From the sequence record SRR31156797_632: a DNA stretch of 57,618 bases, one strand, 5' to 3'. This document shows, piece after piece, positions 18,936 through 29,032 of this stretch. Position numbers and translations under genes: made by a program. How positions within the stretch are numbered: position 1 is the first letter of the stretch; each line of letters starts with the position of its first letter. The notes under the pieces were generated by a model that saw only the letters and a list, made by a program, of their open reading frames with translations, had not been told where the DNA came from and did not search any database.

Positions 18936-19958
18936 ATGAAAATTATGAGTACCACAACAAAATCAACTACACTAAAAAAAGTAGTATTAGAAAATATCCA
19001 AACCGATGTAGGAACATTGGAGCGTATCCATATTGCTTACCAAACCTGGGGAAAACTAAATAAAGAAAAGGACAATGTCATCTGGATCAACCATGGACTA
19101 ACAGCTGATACAAATGCCAAAGAATGGTGGCCAAACATGATTGGTCCGGGCAAAGTATTTGACACGGATCTTTACTATGTAATCTGCCCGAATATACCCG
19201 GCTCATGTTACGGTTCAAGTGAACCACATGAGATAAAACTTAAAAGAAATAATAAGTATACAGTAAAGTTGGGGCCTAAAGAAATAGCAAGGATATTTCA
19301 TTTAATGGCAAGAAAGCTTGAATTCAAGCAAATCTATGGTCTTTCCGGAGCTTCAATAGGAGGATTTATTGCATTGGAGTGGGCAATTTTGGCAAAAAAA
19401 TATATTCGTAACCTACTTCTAATTGCCACCAGTTATTATGCATCACCATGGAACAAAGCCCTTAATGAAACACAACGAATGGTTTTGGATAATCAAAATG
19501 TGCAAGAAGGTCTGGCTGCAGCACGTGCGATTGCTTTACTTAGTTATCGTACACCGCAAAAATATAATCAAACTCAGCAAGGTTTTAACTCAGATAATAT
19601 TGCAAAGGCGGCCTCATACCAAAGATATCAAGGTGAAAAACTAGTAAAGAGGTTCTCTTTAGCATCTTATCAGTTTTTACTGGATTTCTTTGATTTACAC
19701 GATGTAAGCCAACATAAAAATGATTTAAGAGAAGTCTTATCAAATATTAAATCAAATACTTTAATAATCAGGATTTGTTCTGACCTACTTTTCCCACCTG
19801 AGGAACAACTTCACATGCACAAACTGATACCGGATAGTAAGTTATTTAATGTAAAATCTGATTATGGCCATGATGCATTTTTAGTTGAAACAAAAGAGAT
19901 ATCAAATGCCATTCAAACATTTTTAATTCAATCAAAATCATCAAACCATGACAAATAA
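18936..19958 (+). CDS. metX: Homoserine O-acyltransferase (MetX alpha/beta hydrolase family)
   Basis: HGLT, WWPNMIGPG, GSCYGS, nucleophile GASIGG, SDLLF, GHDAFL. Confidence 0.92.
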   Translation: MKIMSTTTKSTTLKKVVLENIQTDVGTLERIHIAYQTWGKLNKEKDNVIWINHGLTADTNAKEWWPNMIGPGKVFDTDLYYVICPNIPGSCYGSSEPHEIKLKRNNKYTVKLGPKEIARIFHLMARKLEFKQIYGLSGASIGGFIALEWAILAKKYIRNLLLIATSYYASPWNKALNETQRMVLDNQNVQEGLAAARAIALLSYRTPQKYNQTQQGFNSDNIAKAASYQRYQGEKLVKRFSLASYQFLLDFFDLHDVSQHKNDLREVLSNIKSNTLIIRICSDLLFPPEEQLHMHKLIPDSKLFNVKSDYGHDAFLVETKEISNAIQTFLIQSKSSNHDK

Positions 19959-21144
19959 ACAATTGAACATAGGAATTTTTGGCTTTGGTAATGTTGGGCA
20001 AGGACTTTACGAAGTATTGCAGAAATCACCATCTACCAAAGCATCAATCAAGAAAGTAGTCGTTAAGCAAAAAAACAAAGCAAGGAATATTGATAAGGAG
20101 TTGGTCTCATTCAATGCGGAAGATATTTTACAAAACTCAGAAATAAATACGGTAGCCGAATTAATTGACAATGCTGATGACGCACTTAAAATTGTAACCG
20201 ATGCGCTCAAAGCAGGAAAAAATGTTGTTTCAGGGAATAAAAAAATGATAGCCGAAAACTTATCAAATTTGCTTGAATTACAAGTCGAAACAGGTTCCAG
20301 TCTTTTATATGACGCATCAGCATGTGGAAGTATTCCTGTTATTCGCAACCTCGAGGAATATTACGATAATGATTTACTTAAAGGAATAACAGGCATTCTT
20401 AATGGGTCATCAAATTACATTTTAACGCAAATGCACCGACATAATGCATCGTACGACAATGCTTTAAAAGAAGCTCAGGAAAAAGGATTTGCAGAAAGTG
20501 ATCCAACTTTTGATGTGGATGGATATGATGCAATGTATAAGCTCATTATCCTGGCACTGCATGGATTTGGAACCATTGTGAAACCTATTGATATTTTCTT
20601 TACGGGTATATCAAATATTAAGGCTACCGATATTCAACTAGCGCGAGAAAAAGGTAAAAAAATAAAACTTATTGCCAGAGCATTTAAGGTGGAAGATGGA
20701 AAAATTGCCTTATTAGTTGCTCCTGCTTTTGTTGGAACAGAAAGCTACATTTATAACGTTGACGAAGAATTCAACGGTGTAATCATTGAGGGTGAAGCAT
20801 ATGATGAGCAACTCATGTTTGGTAAAGGTGCTGGCAGCCACCCTACCGGATCAGCGGTCTTATCAGACATTACGGCAATGAGTTACAATTATAAATATGA
20901 ATACAAAAAACGGAAGTTTTTCACACCCCCGGAACAAACCAATGATGTGAACATTAAGATTTATTTCAGGTATAATGACACCAGTGTTCCTGATTTATTA
21001 CCATTACAAAGCATTGAAGAACAATATGCAGGTCCTGAATATCAATTCACGATAGGCACCGTAAAGCTATCTGATTTATTGAAAACTAAAGATATATTGC
21101 GTAAATTTGAGGTCTTTACTGCACTTCACCATTATAAGAGCTAG
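19948..21144 (+). CDS. hom: Homoserine dehydrogenase
   Basis: GFGNVGQG, SGNKK, GSIPVI, GILNGSSNYIL, AQEKGFAESDP, GKGAG. Confidence 0.95.
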   Translation: MTNKQLNIGIFGFGNVGQGLYEVLQKSPSTKASIKKVVVKQKNKARNIDKELVSFNAEDILQNSEINTVAELIDNADDALKIVTDALKAGKNVVSGNKKMIAENLSNLLELQVETGSSLLYDASACGSIPVIRNLEEYYDNDLLKGITGILNGSSNYILTQMHRHNASYDNALKEAQEKGFAESDPTFDVDGYDAMYKLIILALHGFGTIVKPIDIFFTGISNIKATDIQLAREKGKKIKLIARAFKVEDGKIALLVAPAFVGTESYIYNVDEEFNGVIIEGEAYDEQLMFGKGAGSHPTGSAVLSDITAMSYNYKYEYKKRKFFTPPEQTNDVNIKIYFRYNDTSVPDLLPLQSIEEQYAGPEYQFTIGTVKLSDLLKTKDILRKFEVFTALHHYKS

Positions 21145-21147
21145 TAA

Positions 21148-21193
21148 AAGACACCCAAAAGCAGCTGCCAATTTAAGCAGTGGGTGTTTTCTC
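21148..21193 (+). terminator. Putative terminator or stem-loop between hom and metH
   Basis: aagacaccca...tgggtgtttt outer stem with inner ctgc/gcag. Confidence 0.5.
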
Positions 21194-21278
21194 TAAATAA
21201 CAACTTTTTTTAAATTAATATAACTTAGAAAAGTTGCAAGATTGTAAGTTTAAGCGTAATTAAAGACAGACTAATTAT

Positions 21279-24200
21279 ATGGCAAACAAAGCAGACATTT
21301 TCAAAGCCGTGCAAGAGCGTATTCTTGTGCTCGATGGTGCCATGGGGACCATGCTCCAGGCCTACAAGTTCGAAGAGGAAGACTATCATCATGAATCAAT
21401 TCCCGAAAGTGGAGAAAGCTATAAGGGAAATAATGAGTTATTGAATATCTCCCACCCTGAAGCTGTCCATGAAATTCATAGAAAGTATCTGGAAGCAGGA
21501 GCAGATATATTGGAAACCAATACATTTAATGGAAATGCTATTTCTCAAGCCGACTATGGTTTAGAAGATATCGTTTATGAGCTAAATTACCAGGGAGCAA
21601 TACTGGCACGTAAAGCTGCTGATGAATTCAGCACACCTGAAAGACCTCGTTTTGTGGCTGGCTCTATGGGACCAACAAACCAAACAGCTTCATTATCGCC
21701 GGATGTAAGCAACCCTGGATTTCGAAAGGTCAATTTCGATCAGCTTGTTGCAGCTTACAAAACCCAAGCGGAAGCATTGATTGATGGCGGTGTGGATGCA
21801 CTCCTTATCGAGACTATTTTTGATACTTTAAATGCCAAAGCAGCCCTATTTGCTATAGAGGAAGTCAATGAATCAAAAGGTACGAGTATCCCAATAATGG
21901 TAAGCGGTACAATCACTGATGCCAGCGGTCGGACATTGAGCGGACAGACTTTGGGAGCTTTCTACACATCAATGAAACACGGCAACATACTCTCATTTGG
22001 ATTAAACTGTGCTTTAGGTGCTGAACAATTAACCCCATACATTGAGGAACTTTCAAACATGGCCTCATGTTACACCAGTGCTCATCCAAATGCAGGATTG
22101 CCTAACGAGCTTGGCGAATACGATCAATCAGCTCGTGAAATGGCCGACTTAATTGAAAGCTTCCTACAAAAGGGTTTTGTAAATATCATTGGAGGTTGCT
22201 GCGGAACGAGACCTGATCATGTGAAAGCTATTGCTGAAGTAGCGGCGAAATATTCACCTCGCAAAATTCCTGAGTATAAGCCAGCCACTAAATTCAGTGG
22301 TTTAGAAATATTGGAAATTACTCCGGAAACAAACTTCGTAAACATTGGTGAACGCACCAATGTAGCCGGTTCTAAAAAGTTTGCCAGACTAATTCGTGAA
22401 GAAAAATACGACGAAGCATTGGATGTAGCTCGCAATCAGGTTGATGGTGGCGCTCAGATTATCGATGTTTGTATGGATGATGCCATGCTGGATGATGAAA
22501 AAGCTATGGTTAAATTCCTGAATCTGATTGCCTCAGAACCCGATATTTCTAAGGTGCCGATCATGATTGATTCATCACGTTGGAATGTAATAGAAGCAGG
22601 ATTGAAGTGCGTACAAGGTAAATCTATCGTAAACTCCATTAGTTTAAAAGATGGTGAAGAAGAATTCATTAAAAGAGCAAAAACCATTAAACGTTATGGT
22701 GCGGCCACTGTAGTAATGCTTTTCGATGAAACCGGACAAGCAGATGTTTTCAAACGGAAAATAGAAATTGCTGAACGCTCTTACAAAATATTGACAGAAA
22801 AAGCAGGTTTTCCGCCTGAAGATATCATTTTCGACCCTAACGTGTTGGCTATTGGTACAGGTATGTCAGAGCATAACGGCTATGCAGTAGATTTCATAAA
22901 AACCTGTACATGGATCACTGAAAACCTGCCACACGCTAAGATCAGCGGAGGAATCAGTAACCTATCATTCTCATTCAGAGGAAATAACACAGTACGTGAG
23001 GCTATTCATGCGGTCTTTCTCTACCATGCAATTAAAGCGGGCCTGACGATGGGTATTGTAAACCCTTCTCTACTTCAGGTTTACACCGATATTGAGCCGG
23101 ATTTATTGAAACTCACTGAAGATTTAGTATTAAATAGAAGGAAAGATGCCACTGAGCGACTTATGATTTTTGCTGAAAATGTAAAAGAAAGTAAAGAAAC
23201 TGAAGCTCAAAAAGAGGCATGGCGTGAAAAAGAGCTGGATGAAAGATTAGAATACTCGCTTTTAAAAGGAATAACTGCCTATTTAGAAGAAGATCTGGCA
23301 GAAGCAATTACCAAATATGACCGTGCATTGGAGATTATTGAAGGTCCATTAATGAACGGAATGAATATCGTGGGTGATTTGTTTGGAGAAGGACGTATGT
23401 TCCTGCCTCAGGTTGTAAAAACAGCCCGCGTAATGAAACAAGCTGTTGAAATTCTTGAACCGACAGTTAAAGCACAGGAAACCTCCACAGGTGATATTCG
23501 CAGTAATGGTAAACTATTGCTGGCGACAGTAAAAGGAGATGTACATGACATCGGGAAAAACATTGTTGACGTAGTACTCTCTTGTAACAGTTACGAAGTA
23601 ATCGACATTGGTGTAATGGTTCCTGCAGAAAGGATTTTGCAAACGGCCATCGACGAAAAAGTAGATGTGATAGGATTGAGTGGATTAATCACCCCATCTT
23701 TAGATGAGATGGTAGACGTTGCCACTAAAATGGAAGAAGCCGGATTTAAAGTACCACTTTTAATTGGAGGTGCAACAACTTCGGAGCTTCATACAGCAGT
23801 TAAAATTGCACCAAATTATAGTCAGCCGGTAGTGCACGTTAAAGATGCTTCGCGCAGTGTGGGTGTTATGAAAAAATTACTTGGCGACAACAAAGAGGCT
23901 TATGCCAAAGAGGTAGAAGAACAATACGAAAACATTAAGCAAAAATATGCAGAGAAAAACACAACAAAGCTAATTGATCTGGCTGAAGCTCGCCAAAATG
24001 CACCAATAATTGAGTTTAATGAAACAAACGTATACAAGCCAAATCTAATTGGAATCAAAACCTATGAAAATGTGAGTATTGATATCCTTCGAGAATACAT
24101 AGATTGGACATTCTATTTTGGAGCCTGGGAAATGCGTGGACGCTATCCCGGAATTTTAGAAGACCCGGTTCATGGACCGGAAGCCAAGAAGCTATTCGAT

Positions 24201-24935
24201 GATACATTAAAAATGCTGGATAAAATTGCAGCAGATGGATCGCTTACTTGTAATGGGGTAGCAGGTTTCTGGCCGGCAGCCAAACAGGGTGATGACATTT
24301 TGGTATACGAGGATGAAAGCAGGGAAAAGGTACGATTGGTATTAAATCAACTCCGCAACCAGCAAGAAAGAGACGATGCTAATTTATGCCTATCTGACTT
24401 CATTGCTCCGGCTGACAGCGGAACTAATGACTATGTAGGTGCGTTTGCAGTAACCGGTGGTATTGGACTTGAAAAACTCGAGGCGCACTATCGCGAACAA
24501 CATGATGATTACCACGTAATTATGGTGAAAATCTTAGCTGATCGTTTGGCTGAAGCTTTTGCTGAATATTTGCATGAAGAAGTACGTAAAAAACTTTGGG
24601 GATATGCACCGAATGAAAATCTGGACCTGAAAGGAATGTTAAAAGAGCAATATCAGGGTATTCGTCCGGCAGCTGGTTATCCTGCCTGCCCAGACCATGA
24701 TGAAAAAGGTAAAATATTTGAGCTACTTGATGCTGAAAAAATAGGTATAACCCTTACAGAAAACATGGCCATGTATCCAAATGCGTCGGTAAGTGGACTA
24801 TATATGGCACATCCAGATTCGAAGTACTTTAACCTGGGCAAAATAAATGACTCCCAAATTGATGATTACGCAAAACGTAAAAATCAAACCAAAGAACAAG
24901 CGCTGAAATATTTGAAGCAAAATTATATCGGATAA
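21279..24935 (+). CDS. metH: Cobalamin-dependent methionine synthase
   Basis: [32 protein letters not shown]12-binding [19 protein letters not shown]; 1218 aa. Confidence 0.98.
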   Translation: MANKADIFKAVQERILVLDGAMGTMLQAYKFEEEDYHHESIPESGESYKGNNELLNISHPEAVHEIHRKYLEAGADILETNTFNGNAISQADYGLEDIVYELNYQGAILARKAADEFSTPERPRFVAGSMGPTNQTASLSPDVSNPGFRKVNFDQLVAAYKTQAEALIDGGVDALLIETIFDTLNAKAALFAIEEVNESKGTSIPIMVSGTITDASGRTLSGQTLGAFYTSMKHGNILSFGLNCALGAEQLTPYIEELSNMASCYTSAHPNAGLPNELGEYDQSAREMADLIESFLQKGFVNIIGGCCGTRPDHVKAIAEVAAKYSPRKIPEYKPATKFSGLEILEITPETNFVNIGERTNVAGSKKFARLIREEKYDEALDVARNQVDGGAQIIDVCMDDAMLDDEKAMVKFLNLIASEPDISKVPIMIDSSRWNVIEAGLKCVQGKSIVNSISLKDGEEEFIKRAKTIKRYGAATVVMLFDETGQADVFKRKIEIAERSYKILTEKAGFPPEDIIFDPNVLAIGTGMSEHNGYAVDFIKTCTWITENLPHAKISGGISNLSFSFRGNNTVREAIHAVFLYHAIKAGLTMGIVNPSLLQVYTDIEPDLLKLTEDLVLNRRKDATERLMIFAENVKESKETEAQKEAWREKELDERLEYSLLKGITAYLEEDLAEAITKYDRALEIIEGPLMNGMNIVGDLFGEGRMFLPQVVKTARVMKQAVEILEPTVKAQETSTGDIRSNGKLLLATVKGDVHDIGKNIVDVVLSCNSYEVIDIGVMVPAERILQTAIDEKVDVIGLSGLITPSLDEMVDVATKMEEAGFKVPLLIGGATTSELHTAVKIAPNYSQPVVHVKDASRSVGVMKKLLGDNKEAYAKEVEEQYENIKQKYAEKNTTKLIDLAEARQNAPIIEFNETNVYKPNLIGIKTYENVSIDILREYIDWTFYFGAWEMRGRYPGILEDPVHGPEAKKLFDDTLKMLDKIAADGSLTCNGVAGFWPAAKQGDDILVYEDESREKVRLVLNQLRNQQERDDANLCLSDFIAPADSGTNDYVGAFAVTGGIGLEKLEAHYREQHDDYHVIMVKILADRLAEAFAEYLHEEVRKKLWGYAPNENLDLKGMLKEQYQGIRPAAGYPACPDHDEKGKIFELLDAEKIGITLTENMAMYPNASVSGLYMAHPDSKYFNLGKINDSQIDDYAKRKNQTKEQALKYLKQNYIG

Positions 24936-24948
24936 ACGACTAACTATA

Positions 24949-24976
24949 AAAGCCTTGCAATTGCGAGGCTTTTTTT
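24949..24976 (+). terminator. Rho-independent terminator after metH
   Basis: aaagccttgc-aatt-gcgaggcttt plus T run. Confidence 0.88.
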
Positions 24977-25132
24977 GCTTAGTTCCACTACCCGGTTTTA
25001 TTGAAAACAAAATCACCAACACTCTTTCGGAGAGGTTCATTTCGAGAGGCAAAAAATTCAAACTTAATAATGCTGAATGATCACAAAAAGCTCTACCTGC
25101 AAAACATTGTTATCCCCTATTTATAAAGATTT

Positions 25133-25356
25133 CTCGCCACGAACGCTACGAATTATCACTTTGCGAACATTGCGCTTTCATTGCGAACCTTGTGTTAAAA
25201 AAATGCAACATTGTTAAGGCAAAACCTGAAGCAATCTTTCACAAACAACCTGATTAATAAATTGAGACAGACTGGCTTCGCCCGATTGCATCGGGATCTT
25301 TGTGACGTCTTCGATTGAATTTAATTGCAAAAGCCTAGCCAGCAGCCAAAAGACTA
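25133..25356. repeat. Cluster of degenerate REP-like and short periodic repeats
   Basis: gccacgaacgctacgaatt; ttgcgaac..ttgcg..ttgcgaaccttgtgttaa; gaagcaatct...agactggcttc; palindrome cccgattgcatcggg; agcctagccagcagccaaaagac. Confidence 0.55.
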
Positions 25357-25403
25357 CATTTCAACCAATTACACCCACCTCACTAGATATTTTACAAAAA
25401 AAA

Positions 25404-25454
25404 TTTGGTTCGTATAATTTATTTTCATATTATTGTGATATCATTTTGATATCA
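25404..25454 (+). promoter_or_regulatory. Promoter with tandem palindromic operator TGATATCA-TTT-TGATATCA
   Basis: TTTG (25404-07), 20 nt, TATTATTG (25428-35), then two TGATATCA boxes at 25436-25454. Confidence 0.7.
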
Positions 25455-25476
25455 TTATAAATTAAATCTTAAAATC

Positions 25477-26331
25477 ATGAACGAAGAAAAAACCTACAAA
25501 GCAGCAAACGGATACGGAATGTTAACTATCATTCTAATTCTGTTCCTTGGATCAATAGCAGGAATAATTTTCCTAAAAATGGTCCCATTAGTCGTTGTCA
25601 CCATTCTAGCGATGTTTTTAAGCATTGGATTCGTAATTGTAAACCCCAACGAATCATCAGTGCTAGTACTTTTTGGAGCATATAAGGGTACCATTAAAAG
25701 ATATGGCTTTTGGTGGGTAAACCCGTTTTTTGTTAAAAAGAAAATCTCACTTAGAGCACGTAACTTCGATAGTGATCCAATCAAAGTAAACGACAAGGTT
25801 GGTAACCCAATAAAAATCGGGGTTGTATTAGTTTGGAAAGTAGATGAAACATTCAAAGCAGCATTTCAGGTTGATGATTTCCAGCATTTTGTATTGGTTC
25901 AAAGCGAAGCAGCCTTGCGTAAAATTGCAGGGGCCTATCCATACGACAATTTCGAAGATGAAGATGCAGACCTTACATTACGCTCAGGTGGCGAAGGGAT
26001 CAACAATGAACTCGAAAAAGAAATATCAGAACGATTAGAACTTGCAGGTATACATGTTATAGAAGCACGGATTAACTATATCGCGTATTCAGAAGAAATT
26101 GCCAGCGCTATGCTTCGCAGACAACAAGCTGCCGCCATTATTGCAGCCCGTGAAAAAATTGTAGACGGTGCCGTAGGAATGGTTGAGATGGCTCTAGAAA
26201 AATTTGAAGACAAAAAAGTTATCACACTTGACGAAGAAAGCAAAGCTGCCATGGTGAGTAATTTAATGGTAGTTCTGTGCTCTGATGAATCGGCCAGACC
26301 AATTGTCAATGCCGGAACATTGAATCATTAA
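25477..26331 (+). CDS. SPFH/band-7 domain membrane protein
   Basis: 2 N-terminal TMs; VNPNE, KVND..GNPI, QSEAALR, IEARI, YSEEIASAMLRRQQA. Confidence 0.92.
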   Translation: MNEEKTYKAANGYGMLTIILILFLGSIAGIIFLKMVPLVVVTILAMFLSIGFVIVNPNESSVLVLFGAYKGTIKRYGFWWVNPFFVKKKISLRARNFDSDPIKVNDKVGNPIKIGVVLVWKVDETFKAAFQVDDFQHFVLVQSEAALRKIAGAYPYDNFEDEDADLTLRSGGEGINNELEKEISERLELAGIHVIEARINYIAYSEEIASAMLRRQQAAAIIAAREKIVDGAVGMVEMALEKFEDKKVITLDEESKAAMVSNLMVVLCSDESARPIVNAGTLNH

Positions 26332-26333
26332 TT

Positions 26334-26392
26334 GATCTTAGATATGGGATCTTGGATCGATCTAAGATCTAAAATCCAATATCTAATATCTA
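26334..26392. repeat. Inverted heptamer repeat array (NATCTAA-like)
   Basis: ttagata-tgggatc-ttggatc facing gatctaa-gatctaa-aatccaa-tatctaa-tatcta. Confidence 0.7.
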
Positions 26393-26444
26393 TTATTTAC
26401 TTGCACAAAGTTAAATTATAGACAATACAATATAGAATTTAAAT

Positions 26445-26624
26445 ATGGCTAAAAAGCAATTTGTGCTTCGACTGGAAGAGGAGAAAATGAAAGCTTTGGA
26501 AAAATGGGCTGCGGACGAGTTCCGCAGTACCAACGGCCAACTAGAGTGGATATTAACCAAAGCCCTGAAAGAGAATGGCCGGTGGAAGAAAAATAAAACG
26601 AACGAAGAACAAAATGACGCCTGA
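26445..26624 (+). CDS. Arc/ribbon-helix-helix DNA-binding protein (59 aa, not in ORF track)
   Basis: Translated by hand: MAKKQFVLRLEEEKMKALEKWAADEFRSTNGQLEWILTKALKENGRW...; beta-strand FVLRL plus RS.N pattern of the Arc family. Confidence 0.9.
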   Translation: MAKKQFVLRLEEEKMKALEKWAADEFRSTNGQLEWILTKALKENGRWKKNKTNEEQNDA

Positions 26625-26660
26625 TTACTGCTAAACAACGCACCAAATAACCCTAAAACC

Positions 26661-27257
26661 ATGAGTACAGATAAACTTGGCATCGATATTTTAAAAGAAT
26701 ATGCTAAAAAAACAGGACGGGACTTTGAAACGCATGAAGAGGAACATCGTTTTGTAACAAATGCTGTTCAACGCCTTCATGGTCGTAAAATATATTTCAA
26801 AAACAAAATTAATCAGCCTGAATTATTTGTGGCATATTCTGACCCGAAAGGATTCGATTACCAAAAATTATTTAGCGGTGTTTTACTACCATTAGAAATA
26901 CCGACAAATATTGAACTTACTGCTGCTCCAAGATTTGGTCCAGGTATTTTCAGCAAACCAGCTATTACAAAAACAGGAAATAGAAATTTCGATAAAAAAG
27001 TGAAAATCACCGGAAACGATGATTTTTATGCGGCTAAAATATTTGGGAATCCAAAAATTCAGCAAGCAATTATGCCTTTCCTCAAAAAATACCCTGACAA
27101 CAGGATCTTTGTCAACAAGCTAAATATGAAACATATAAAACCATTAGAAAATAAATCCTATATCGGAGTATTTAGCAAGAAATGGGTAATTGAAGGTGCT
27201 CTAATTGAGGAATTATTTGATTTCATCCTGGTATTTAAAACCTTAAACCATGAATAA
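26661..27257 (+). CDS. Hypothetical protein
   Basis: 198-aa ORF overlapping the next start; no recognised motif. Confidence 0.7.
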   Translation: MSTDKLGIDILKEYAKKTGRDFETHEEEHRFVTNAVQRLHGRKIYFKNKINQPELFVAYSDPKGFDYQKLFSGVLLPLEIPTNIELTAAPRFGPGIFSKPAITKTGNRNFDKKVKITGNDDFYAAKIFGNPKIQQAIMPFLKKYPDNRIFVNKLNMKHIKPLENKSYIGVFSKKWVIEGALIEELFDFILVFKTLNHE

Positions 27258-28353
27258 TATAAAAGTTCTTTGTTACGTAATTCTTGTTGCAGTTTTCACA
27301 AGCTGTAACAATTCAAATCATGAACAATCCATTGAGGGCAAATCCCTCAATGGATTAACTCAAAAGCAAGACTCACTAATTGCTTCACAGCTCATGGTAT
27401 TTCCGGAAAACACCCAAATCGCCATGGCATTTATTAAAAATGGTGTTGTAACCTATCATGGTTTTATCATGAAAGATACATTGATAGACATTCAAAATAG
27501 CGATAGTGTTTTTGAGATTGGATCAATTTCAAAGGTATTTACCTCTACCCTCTTGGCTCATTTTGTAAAAAGCGGACAAGTAAAATTGAATGACCCTATA
27601 AATGAACATTTACCATTCAAAATTAAAGACGATATTCAATTCAACTTTCAGGAATTGGCCAACCACACTTCAGGATTGCCGCGTATGCCAGGAAATTTCC
27701 AACCATTTGCCATGAAAAACATGTCGAATCCATTTAAAGAATATGGTGAACAGCCACTGTCAGACTATTTATCAAATTATGTAAATGAAGAATACAATCC
27801 AGAACAGGGTTATGCCTATTCAAACCTGGGAGCCGGATTGCTTGGTTATACTTTAGAGCAAATTTCAGGAAGAACCTATGAAGAATTGCTTGACTCACTA
27901 ATTACCAGCCCATTGAAAATGGATAAAACCACAACTGAACGCGAAAAAATAAAAGATCATTTAGTGAAAGGTCGAAACGCGTTGGGTGAACATACACCCA
28001 ATTGGGATTTGAATGTATTGATGGGCGCCGGAGGTATTGTTTCATCAATAGAAGATTTAACGAAGTTTGCAATGGCGCAATTTGATACAACCAACATGGT
28101 TTTGAACTTAACCAGAGAAAAGACCCATTTTCATAGCGACAATTTATCCTTAGGCCTGGGATGGCACTTGATTAAAAAACATGATTATGAATATGTTTGG
28201 CACAATGGAGGAACAGGCGGCTATTCTTCATCCATGGGATTAGATATAGCAAATAAAAATGCAGTAATCATCCTAACAAATATATCAGCCTACCAAAACA
28301 GCTCAAAAAGGATTAGTACAATTACTTTTGATTTATTGAAAACATTACAATAA
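27250..28353 (+). CDS. Serine hydrolase, beta-lactamase/class C-like family lipoprotein
   Basis: Lipobox FTSC; FEIGSISK (SxxK), HTSGLP, YSN, HNGGTGG. Confidence 0.9.
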   Translation: MNNIKVLCYVILVAVFTSCNNSNHEQSIEGKSLNGLTQKQDSLIASQLMVFPENTQIAMAFIKNGVVTYHGFIMKDTLIDIQNSDSVFEIGSISKVFTSTLLAHFVKSGQVKLNDPINEHLPFKIKDDIQFNFQELANHTSGLPRMPGNFQPFAMKNMSNPFKEYGEQPLSDYLSNYVNEEYNPEQGYAYSNLGAGLLGYTLEQISGRTYEELLDSLITSPLKMDKTTTEREKIKDHLVKGRNALGEHTPNWDLNVLMGAGGIVSSIEDLTKFAMAQFDTTNMVLNLTREKTHFHSDNLSLGLGWHLIKKHDYEYVWHNGGTGGYSSSMGLDIANKNAVIILTNISAYQNSSKRISTITFDLLKTLQ

Positions 28354-28399
28354 AATTTCATAACTTGCATAAAACCAGATTTATTATCCTTATTCAAAG

Positions 28400-29023
28400 A
28401 TGGTTAAGCAATTTATGGCATATATGGTTTTATTCATATTGCTTCCGACCTTAATGATAGGTCAGGAGAAAGCGAAACCTACATTTAATCTTGGAGTAAA
28501 TGCTATTAGACCTACGATAAGCGCAAGTATTAATTATCCGGTAATCAATAACATACAAGTACAACTTTATTCTGACATTGGTTATTTCGAGAAAACTTTT
28601 GTCACAAGTGGTTCCAGCACATTACATGAGCACTTTTATGGAGTTGGACTTATTCCTGAAGTAAAGATTTATCCCATTAAAAGAAAAGCTGATGATAATG
28701 GATTTTATATCTCATTTTATTCAGGGTTTTGGGGAATATTGAAACAGGAAGACTTTGACAATGATCCTGAAAATACCGAAATAGTTAATAAAACAGGGCT
28801 CATCACCTGGCAATTTGGAATTGGTGCCGGTTACAAACTTAAAACGTATAAAAACTGGTATATCAATCCTTATATAGGATATGCTCCTACAGATGTCACT
28901 CCCAATTTAACAGTCAGATATGATGAAACCGGAGGTGTAGTTTCCGGATTTAATGGACTTCGTTATATTCCAATGACTTTAAGATACGAACTCAAAATAG
29001 GGTATTCCTTCGAATTTAAATAA
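28400..29023 (+). CDS. Outer-membrane beta-barrel protein (DUF3575-like)
   Basis: Signal peptide; GIGAGYK, INPYIGY; C-terminus LKIGYSF. Confidence 0.65.
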   Translation: MVKQFMAYMVLFILLPTLMIGQEKAKPTFNLGVNAIRPTISASINYPVINNIQVQLYSDIGYFEKTFVTSGSSTLHEHFYGVGLIPEVKIYPIKRKADDNGFYISFYSGFWGILKQEDFDNDPENTEIVNKTGLITWQFGIGAGYKLKTYKNWYINPYIGYAPTDVTPNLTVRYDETGGVVSGFNGLRYIPMTLRYELKIGYSFEFK

Positions 29024-29032
29024 TGCTGCAAA

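Noticed and set aside
21145-21278. Cobalamin riboswitch before metH
   Set aside because: No B12-box or other conserved core, and the spacer is short
26411-26683. Minus-strand ORFs 26411-26683 and 26449-26646
   Set aside because: Antisense to the real 59-aa Arc/RHH gene on +
27250-28353. Call as an antibiotic-resistance AmpC
   Set aside because: The third motif is HNG rather than KTG; the family includes many peptidases and esterases, so resistance is unsupported
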